DNA from: Octopus sinensis
Lineage: Eukaryota
Assembly: GCF_006345805.1 (NCBI RefSeq)
Contig: NW_021828581.1
Location: 1 to 8,009 of the forward strand
DNA length: 8,009 nt
Direction of reading: 5' to 3'
Shown: piece after piece, positions 1 through 6,989 of the stretch
Layout of the letters: each line of letters starts with the position of its first letter
Numbering within the stretch: position 1 is the stretch's first letter
Notes under the pieces: generated by a model
Databases searched by the model: none
What the model saw: only the letters and a program-made list of their open reading frames with translations
Told to the model about the DNA's origin: nothing
Made by a program: the position numbers and the translations under genes

Positions 1-102
1 CACAGTATGTGACTGGTACTTATTTAATCGACCCCCGAAAGAATGAAAGGTAAAGTCGATCTCCGCAGAATTTGAACCCAGAACGTGAAGACGGACGAAA
101 TC
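1..102 (-). mobile_element. tRNA-derived SINE, copy A (B-box and body; runs off the window start)
   Basis: Minus strand reads gatttcgtccgtcttcacgttctgGGTTCAAATTCtgcggagatcgactttacctttcattctttcgggggtcgattaaataagtaccagt. It has a Pol III B-box-like motif, and 14-60 is near-identical to a second copy at 176-222. Resembles an abundant Octopus SINE (from memory). Confidence 0.85.
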
Positions 103-222
103 CTTTCTACTATAGGCACAAGGACTGAAATTGTGGGGGAGGGGACTAGTCGACTACCACGACCCCAGTCTTTCACTGGTACTTAATTTATCGACCCCGA
201 AAGAATGAAAAGCAAAGTCGAC
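103..222 (-). mobile_element. Same SINE family, copy B (3' part only, no B box)
   Basis: 176-222 (ctggtacttaatttatcgaccccgaaagaatgaaaagcaaagtcgac) aligns with 14-60. It continues to what I recall as the family 3' end (minus strand: ...ccttgtgcctatagtagaaagg). Confidence 0.85.
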
Positions 223-270
223 CTAACCATTTCACCCTGCGCGCTAACGATTCTGCTTGCAGACTGCCTT
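223..270 (-). mobile_element. 5' tRNA-like head (A-box region) of the same SINE family
   Basis: Minus strand reads aaggcagtctgcaagcagaatcgttagcgcgcagggtgaaatggttag, with a degraded A-box (AGCAGAATCG). Matches my recollection of the family head. Confidence 0.65.
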
Positions 271-390
271 GGCACCTTTAAGGGGATTTGGTACAGCAGT
301 GAATTTTACTTCTCTGTGGTACCTGCTTTTAAGAGAACTAAATGCTTCAGTGAGGTGTACCTCTCAATGGTACCCATCTATAATCGTGAG

Positions 391-708
391 GGCGCGTGGC
401 TTAGTGGTTAGGGCATTCGGCTCACGATTGTAGGGTCGTGAGTTCAATTCCCGGTGACGTGTTGTGTCCTTGAGCAAGACACTTTATTTCACGTTGCTCC
501 AGTTTACTCAGCTGGCAAAAATGAGTTGTACCTGTATTTCAAAGGACCGGCCTTGTCACACTCCGCGTCACGCTGAATCTCTTTGAGAACTACGTTAGGG
601 GTACCCGTGTCTGTGGAGTGCTCAGCCACTTGCACGTCAGTTAAACGAGCAAGTTGTTCTGTTGATCGTATCAGCTGGGACACGCGTCGTCGTAACCGAC
701 GGAGTACC
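391..708 (+). mobile_element. CORE-SINE (tRNA head + CORE domain + 3' tail), Octopus OR1/OR2-like superfamily
   Basis: A box TGGCTTAGTGG at 397-407 and B box AGTTCAATTCC at 441-451. Segment 463-525 (tgtgtccttgagcaagacacttt...ctccagtttactcagctggcaaaaatgag) aligns by eye to the MIR-type CORE (tgtgaccttgggcaagtcactt...cctcagtttcctcatctgtaaaatggg). 3' hairpin cgtcg-taac-cgacg at 688-701. Possible TSD tataatcgt (379-387) / tataattgt (717-725). Confidence 0.85.
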
Positions 709-841
709 TTACTGTTTATAATTGTAGGGGGTGTAATTTAGCTGTTGTTGCTAACGAGTCAATACAATAATGTTGACAGGACAATGACAGCTGAACATGT
801 AACATTGTAAGGTAAACGAAGACATACAGACTCTGTCTGTC

Positions 842-847
842 TGTGTG

Positions 848-894
<47 letters not shown>

Positions 895-1630
895 TGTATG
901 CTATATGTGCTTGCCGATGTATATGTGTGTGTGTGAATGCTGGTTGTGCGTAGTTTGATGTTAGCTTGGACGTAGGTGGGTGCGCATGAGTGATACGGTG
1001 TGTGTGTGTGTGTTTGTTGTGTGTGAGGATGTGTCTGAGAGTGTAGGCATAAGTGTGTGTTTGGGGGGTAGGGTGAATGCGTTTGGTTGTGTATGTGTGT
1101 GGTGTATGTGTGTGGTGGTATGCGTGCGTTTAGTATGACTGTGTGAGAGTAAATGTGTGCGTGGGGTGGGGAGAGATGTGGAGTATATATATGGGTGTTG
1201 TAGTGTGTAGAGTGAGTGTGTGTGTGTGTGTGTGTGTGTTGTGTCTGCGTGTGTATGTGTATGTGTGTTTGTGTATTGGCATGCGTGAATGGTGTGCGCG
1301 TGAGTGCGGGGTGCATGAATGTGAATGTTAAATGTGTGTGTGTTTATGCAGACAATGCTTGGACGTGTGTGTCTGTGTGTGTGTGTGTGTGTGTGCGTGT
1401 ATGTGTGTATGTGTGTGTGTGTGTGCGTGTATGTGTGTGTGTGCGTGTATGCGTGTTTGTATAATTCTTGGCGTGACTGGATTTCGAAGGTGTTTGTGTA
1501 GTCATGTGTATCTATCAGAAAAGGTTTAGCTGAAGACGTGTATGCGCATGTGTAGTAACGTGTGTGTGTGTGTGTGTGTATATGTGTGTCTGTGTGTGTA
1601 TGTGTATGTGTGTGTGTGTGTGTGTGTGTA
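842..1630. repeat. ~790-nt interrupted/degenerate (GT)n tract
   Basis: Perfect (TG)19 at 849-886 and further TG runs near 1216-1239, 1375-1445 and 1560-1629, with G/T-rich, C-poor sequence in between. Confidence 0.95.
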
Positions 1631-1870
1631 CGCACGTTCACGTCTGTTTCGGTGTGTCTTGATCAGGTGCTTAATGGTGTATAGTGCGGATGGCGCCGCA
1701 CTGCATTGGTGGCGGACCTGAAGGCCGTCGACAAAAGCGAAGAGAAAATAGTGCACTGGCTACAAATATTCTACATTCCAAGGGTGGAGCTACACGAGCG
1801 CATTAGTGCATTGGGGTGCTCAAACTCTCGCATGTAGCGGGCGTATGCATGCGGATATGTATTTATACGT

Positions 1871-2027
1871 GCAAGCGTAGCTGTGTCGTAAGACGCTTGC
1901 TTCCCAACCACATGGTTCCAGGTTCAGTCCCACTACGTGGCACCTTGGGCAGGTGTTTTCTACTATAGCCCCGGGCCGACCGAAGCCTTGTGAGTGGATT
2001 TGGTTGACGGAAACTGAAAGAAGCCCG

Positions 2028-2066
<39 letters not shown>

Positions 2067-2099
2067 TATAGATAGAGAGATACATAATACATACATACA

Positions 2100-2133
<34 letters not shown>

Positions 2134-2151
2134 CATACATACTTATACAAA

Positions 2152-2186
<35 letters not shown>

Positions 2187-2223
2187 ATACATACATACAT
2201 ATATACATACATACTTATAATAC

Positions 2224-2265
<42 letters not shown>

Positions 2266-2279
2266 TAATATATTATAAT

Positions 2280-2337
<58 letters not shown>

Positions 2338-2567
2338 ATACACATACATACACACGGTGTGCCTTTGTGTTTATATTTGTCCCCACAACTGCTTGACAGC
2401 CGGTGCTTAAGTCCGCGTAACTTAGCGTTCGGCAAACCAGACCGATACAATAAGTAATAAGCTAAAAATAAGCAGTAGAGTCGATTCATTCGATTAAAAA
2501 TTCTCCAAGGCCGTGGCCCAGCATGGCCGCAGTCTAATGACAGATTCAAATAAAAGGTAAAAAAAAA
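1871..2567 (+). mobile_element. tRNA-derived SINE with a large internal microsatellite (head 1871-2029, SSR 2030-2355, tail 2356-2567)
   Basis: A-box-like TAGCTGTGTCG at 1878-1888 and B-box-like GGTTCAGTCCC at 1921-1931. Partial CORE-like gtggcaccttgggcaggtg at 1937-1956. Tail tttgtccccac...cagcatggccgcagtc...aaataaaag ends in an A-rich run. I recall head and tail as two halves of one abundant Octopus SINE. Confidence 0.8.
2030..2355. repeat. Compound (TA)n/(TACA)n microsatellite inside the SINE
   Basis: Directly visible; includes a 72-nt-period duplication. Confidence 0.95.
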
Positions 2568-2568
2568 G

Positions 2569-2763
2569 TAAGTGGGTGGGACTGATGAGTTCCTGGCTTT
2601 AAGGGTGTCGCGAAGGGCCCGGTTGGAGGCCCAACATTCCGAGATCTTTTACAAGGGCTTAGAAAAACTGAAGGACCGCTGCAATAAGTGTGTGAATCTG
2701 AGATGGGAATATGTTGAATAAAATCATAATTCACTGATCCTCCTGAATTTTCTTTTTCCCAAA
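2569..2763 (+). mobile_element. Non-autonomous mariner (irritans/Himar1-like) deletion derivative: one TIR plus transposase C-terminus
   Basis: 2617-2721 translates [34 protein letters not shown]. It aligns without gaps to the Himar1 C-terminus as I recall it (AYFEAKPKEYYQNGIKKLEGRYNRCIALEGNYVE*; 14/34 identical). 2574-2600 gggtgggactgatgagttcctggcttt resembles the Himar1 ITR caggttggctgataagtccccggtct. No full complementary TIR downstream. Confidence 0.85.
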
Positions 2764-2905
2764 TTGTGGGTTATTATTTCTCTGTCCTCGGGATTATCCT
2801 TCCGACGGATTTCATTATAGCGTGCCTTAGCTACAGCGTCATGTCTCATCAGTAGATAATACCGTGATTATTTTCGGACATGTGGGTGATATCTTCAGTG
2901 TGAAA

Positions 2906-2942
2906 TTTGAGAATTTATTGTGTTTTTGAGAATTTATTGTGT
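2906..2942. repeat. 18-bp direct tandem duplication
   Basis: tttgagaatttattgtgt at 2906-2923 and 2925-2942. Confidence 0.95.
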
Positions 2943-3089
2943 AACCTCTTGCTGGGAAGAAAGGTGACAATCTAGAAACAACCTCTAACCCGAACGACTA
3001 TTACAAGAATCGTGCTTCGGTTACGGCATTTACCGTAAGGCATTTCCTTGTCTTCTCGTCGATTTTACAAGTAAAACTTATTTGCGTAG

Positions 3090-3205
3090 GAAGGAAAACG
3101 ACAAAGAAACATACGGAGAAATAGAAAATACACACACAAAAGACGCGACATGCTCAATCCCTCGTCAGTCCTGGACCAAATATCATTACAATTTCGACAC
3201 TTACG
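3090..3205 (+). CDS. Candidate exon A (unknown product)
   Basis: Acceptor acttatttgcgtAG|G and perfect donor ACG|GTAAGT. Two frames are open: KENDKETYGEIENTHTKDATCSIPRQSWTKYHYNFDTY, or ATG 3150 MLNPSSVLDQISLQFRHL. Lies in non-repetitive, CpG-rich sequence. No homology recognised. Confidence 0.35.
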
Positions 3206-3290
3206 GTAAGTATTTTGTTCAATTTGGCGGTGTCACCAAGATAAGCTGCTCGGGTGTGGCCTTCCGTGTATACATATATAATTACAGGCT

Positions 3291-3420
3291 TTTCTCTCTC
3301 AATATATATATATGTGTGTGTGTGTGTATGTGTATGCGTTGTGTGAGCGTGTGTGTGTATGTGCGTGTGTGTGTATGTGCGTGTGTGTGAGTAAGCACAT
3401 ATATACACACACACGCACAA
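3291..3420. repeat. Compound (TC)/(TA)/(TG) then (CA) microsatellite
   Basis: Directly visible; polarity switches from TG to CA around 3390. Confidence 0.9.
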
Positions 3421-3737
3421 ACATTTATAATGTATATACAAGTGCACGTATAGACATCCTACACGTAGACACAAACCACATTGGAATTAGGAAGGGACAA
3501 ATAGAATGCCTTAAAGATTGCAAGTGTAGGTGATGAATGGCTGGGTCCGTTTGGACACAAAATGTTTTGATAATGTGGTGGTGGGGATGAGGAGAACGTC
3601 TGCTCGAAACTGCTGAGGCAGCAGGAAGTTGTGAATAGAAGCCATTTGACACAACAACAGCAGGATTGTGTAACAAATGATACTTTGGTTTGGCTATTGT
3701 TAATGTTGTTTCTGCTGCTGTTGTTGTTGTTTACTCC

Positions 3738-3875
3738 AAACTGAACTCTCCTCCGATAGAACCACGATCAGAGACGTCTAAGCCTTTGACTTCGCACTTT
3801 CCCAGACGGTAGGATGTAATTTGAGTGATAGTTGGCTGCTACTTCTATTAAGACAAAAGGCCATATAGATATCTC
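3738..3875. mobile_element. Possible degraded fragment of an Octopus interspersed repeat
   Basis: ggatgtaatttgagtgatagttggctgctacttcta...ccatatagat resembles a repeat I recall from Octopus sequence. Recall only; no internal evidence. Confidence 0.3.
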
Positions 3876-4003
3876 AAAAAAAGCACCCACAATGAATATT
3901 AACCCGGGGTAGATTCAGGATGACATGGAAGAATTACATCAAGTAGAAATACGTCTGTAGACTCAGAGTCATTCTGTAATTAAATAAGTAGTTATGTATA
4001 TAG

Positions 4004-4004
<1 letters not shown>

Positions 4005-4050
<46 letters not shown>
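4005..4050. repeat. (TG)23 microsatellite
   Basis: Perfect run. Confidence 0.98.
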
Positions 4051-4052
<2 letters not shown>

Positions 4053-4262
4053 GAATGTATAGCAACATTGGCTTTAAAATTACGGATACAGTCCCCCGTT
4101 CCACAGGGACATTCCAAACCTATGTTTCACACAGAATCGAAAACAATACGCCGTGATTGCGTATTAAACTTCTTAACCGCAAGGCATTCCGTCCACACCT
4201 ATATGCAAGAGAGAAACACCCAGTGCAACGACAACACACACACTCAAACACGCATGCTTACA

Positions 4263-4269
<7 letters not shown>

Positions 4270-4294
<25 letters not shown>
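4270..4294. repeat. (CA)12 microsatellite
   Basis: Perfect run. Confidence 0.97.
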
Positions 4295-4369
4295 TCCATC
4301 TTGGCTATCGCCGGCACCACTACCACCATCGCCGCCGTCGACGCCATTATCGTCCTCCCCCACACAAAG

Positions 4370-4433
4370 ATGCCATTACACATTCCCAGCTGGAAAACGT
4401 TATTCTATGTTCTGAGGGAGAAAGTCAAGGAAT
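4370..4433 (+). CDS. Candidate exon B (alternative acceptors at 4370 or 4390)
   Basis: Donor AAT|GTAAGT at 4434. Acceptors cctcccccacacaAAG|A (weak) or cattcccAG|C. Open frames are [21 protein letters not shown] or [14 protein letters not shown], each phase-compatible with one frame of exon A. Confidence 0.3.
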
Positions 4434-4444
4434 GTAAGTTGCAA

Positions 4445-4464
4445 CATAATATATACATACATAC

Positions 4465-4495
<31 letters not shown>

Positions 4496-4642
4496 AATAT
4501 ATATATTTACACACACACACCAAGTACATATTACCTCTTATACATATATATACACATACATATTCTTATTTTCATTAAGATACCCAATAACAATCTGTGT
4601 CACATATATATATATATAATATATATTATATATATATATATT

Positions 4643-4735
<93 letters not shown>

Positions 4736-5094
4736 ATATATATATGTGTATTATATATACATATATGTATATGTATATATATATAGTTTATACATGTATG
4801 TACATATATACACACACATAACTAAATAATTATGTATACACACGTGTGCGTTCCCATATCTATGTTCTGGGAGCAACATATATATATATATATTAACATG
4901 CCATAGTGTACGTACATGTGTATGTGTATAAGTGTGTGTATACAAATGTATGTACACACACATATATATATATACACATACATACACATACGCCACAGAG
5001 TTTTTTCATACATCCATTCATAAACATCTTCCACACAAGATTTACGCCTACGAGAATATCAATTACCTACATAGACGAACGCACACACAAACAC

Positions 5095-5132
<38 letters not shown>

Positions 5133-5135
5133 TCA
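4445..5135. repeat. Mosaic (TA)n/(TACA)n/(CA)n low-complexity region
   Basis: Directly visible; long (TA)n at ~4605-4785 and (CA)n at ~5084-5129. Confidence 0.95.
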
Positions 5136-5369
5136 TATGCGTGTGTATGTATACAGAAATTTCTGTACACACAAGCATTGGCAAGCATATACAACTAAGA
5201 GACGTACAATCCATTACATATACATATTTCTTTCGAGCAAATATAAAGCGTAAATTCCCGCGTAGATTATTCTCCAGCCGTGTGAATGAAAAAAACCTGC
5301 TTCGGCATTCGCCCTGCGCATCCACACACATAACAACATACTGCGTGCTCTGCATACATAACCAGAAAC

Positions 5370-5419
5370 ACACACACACATATACTGACCACTATATACA
5401 TATATACATCTATATCTAT

Positions 5420-5456
<37 letters not shown>

Positions 5457-5461
5457 ATATA

Positions 5462-5495
<34 letters not shown>

Positions 5496-5500
5496 CATAT

Positions 5501-5552
<52 letters not shown>

Positions 5553-5560
5553 TATTATAA
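5370..5560. repeat. (CA)n followed by long interrupted (TA)n
   Basis: Directly visible. Confidence 0.95.
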
Positions 5561-5614
5561 TTTTAATATAAATACATGTGTGTATAACTAGCTAGATAGA
5601 CAGGTACTCAAACA

Positions 5615-5677
5615 TATATGTATATATATGCACACACATGCATATACATACGTATATATATATCTATTTCTATCTCA

Positions 5678-5735
<58 letters not shown>

Positions 5736-5895
5736 TGAAGAGAGGGACAGAATGGGTGAGCGACAGACAGACAGACCGAGAAATAAATGTGTGTGCTGAT
5801 ATACAAACATACGTATCGACACGCTTACTTCTACGCACGCATATATTACTACAGGCAAACACACGCACACACACACATGCACACACACACACGCA
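5615..5895. repeat. Compound (TA)/(TC)n(TA)n/(GACA)/(CA) microsatellite cluster
   Basis: (TC)n at ~5677-5700 abuts (TA)n at 5701-5732. Confidence 0.93.
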
Positions 5896-6356
5896 AAAAC
5901 GCCCACGCACAATCAGGTGTATAGAGCCAAGCAGTTACATAACTAAGCATCATATTATATACACAAACATGTGTAGAAATGCAAAATAAACAAACACTGT
6001 GATATACATCCGTGTAACGATGAAGCCACGGTATCTACATTCATATTTATCTACACCCGTGCCATCTTGAATTCCAGCGTTCACATATACCAGTCACGTG
6101 ATTTTGCAATGTATGTGCCTATGTGTATGCGCATGTGTGAATGTGTATGAGTGTATATCTCTCTAGCAATCTATCTATCTTTCTATCTCTCTGTCTGCCG
6201 TTATCTCTTCGGCTTTCGTTAGTAGCTACTATCCACTGCCATTTGCATACTAACACAAAATCCAACCAAAGAGGCAGAAATATTCATTTAGCCAAGGCAC
6301 CAACACTCCTTCTCAATTTTCATCTACTACTGATGTATTTTTGCTATTTAACACAG

Positions 6357-6535
6357 TACGTCCATAACATATATTATCTCTGGATGAATACTGCTGCTAA
6401 TTTGGCTTTTCGCAATGTATTTGCATTGAATATGATACACAGAGGTCTGTTTTAGCTTAATACTGTTTCTGTTGTATATAAAGTGAATGGCTGCCATCCA
6501 ATGATTGACACAAATAAAATATACTCTGTGTATAT
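6357..6535 (+). other. Candidate terminal exon C with polyadenylation signal
   Basis: Acceptor context ctactgatgtatttttgctatttaacacAG|T (branch-like CTGAT, U-rich tract, CAG). An early stop follows in both phases inherited from exon B. AATAAA at 6513-6518 is followed by GU/U-rich sequence. Confidence 0.25.
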
Positions 6536-6555
6536 GTAAGTATGTATGTTTTGTT

Positions 6556-6622
6556 CTCTCTCTCTCTCCTCTCCCTATATATATATTATATATATATATA
6601 TATGGATATATATATATATATT

Positions 6623-6668
<46 letters not shown>

Positions 6669-6693
6669 TAGATAGATAGATAGATAAAATATC

Positions 6694-6776
<83 letters not shown>

Positions 6777-6800
6777 GTATATATACATACACGCACACAC
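6556..6800. repeat. (TC)n-(TA)n-(GATA)n compound array
   Basis: (GATA)n at 6667-6776 with two interruptions. Confidence 0.97.
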
Positions 6801-6856
6801 ACATAAGTATACGCAAGTATATATAACTGATAGTTGCAATAGAGTGGTAGTAGAGA

Positions 6857-6985
6857 TGGCTAGCCACTAAACCTTTTTTTATTTTCTCTCCCTGTTTATT
6901 TCCGTGTTCTTTTCTGTCGAAGAGCGTGGGCTCGAAACGTAAAATACTTTTTCACTTCCCGAGCGTTAAACCAATTCATCTTACA
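6857..6985 (+). mobile_element. Interspersed repeat fragment carrying a hammerhead-like motif (Penelope-like element terminal-repeat type)
   Basis: tggctagcca palindrome, pyrimidine tract, then ctgtcgaagagcgtgggctcgaaacgt. I recall this segment as a dispersed Octopus repeat. The GA-stem-GAAAC-GT arrangement is characteristic of PLE-associated mini-hammerheads. Boundaries are approximate. Confidence 0.5.
6906..6947 (+). ncRNA. Degenerate minimal type-I hammerhead-ribozyme-like motif
   Basis: CUGUCGA (6914-6920), extra A, stem II GAGC/GCUC with GUGG loop, GAAA (6934-6937), palindromic ACGU stem III, GUA triplet (6939-6941), short stem I uuu/aaa. A6>U deviates from the CUGANGA consensus. Confidence 0.5.
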
Positions 6986-6989
6986 AACA

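Noticed and set aside
391-460. tRNA-like sequence (also 1871-1935 and 60-100)
   Set aside because: A and B boxes are present, but acceptor and anticodon stems are broken and each continues into a SINE body. These are SINE heads, not tRNA genes.
1063-1180. G-quadruplex potential
   Set aside because: G-runs occur only in pairs about 90 nt apart; there is no compact four-tract motif.
2582-2589. CTGATGAG, a perfect hammerhead core half
   Set aside because: Lies in the mariner TIR, with no stem II closed by GAAA downstream.
3530-3616. C/D snoRNA-like spacing (GTGATGA at 3530, CTGA at 3613, 87 nt)
   Set aside because: No terminal stem, no clear D' box and no rRNA/snRNA complement that I recognise. 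A snoscan/snoReport run would be needed to revive it.
3913-3960. Short frame IQDDMEELHQVEIRL* and the gactc-a-gagtc palindrome (3960-3970)
   Set aside because: Poor acceptor, not phase-compatible with exon A in this frame, and too short to be significant.
3032-4188. 12/13 match accgtaaggcatt (3032-3044) / accgcaaggcatt (4176-4188), and hairpin aatacgc/gcgtatt (4145-4165)
   Set aside because: Matches of this size are expected by chance among several kb of unique sequence.
6093-6102. E-box/CLEAR-like gtcacgtgat
   Set aside because: Single site with no promoter context.
759-6867. Most ORF-track entries (HT-, CV-, YI-, IYLS-rich peptides)
   Set aside because: They are translations of (CA)n, (GT)n, (TA)n and (GATA)n arrays, which lack stops in some frames; no coding evidence.
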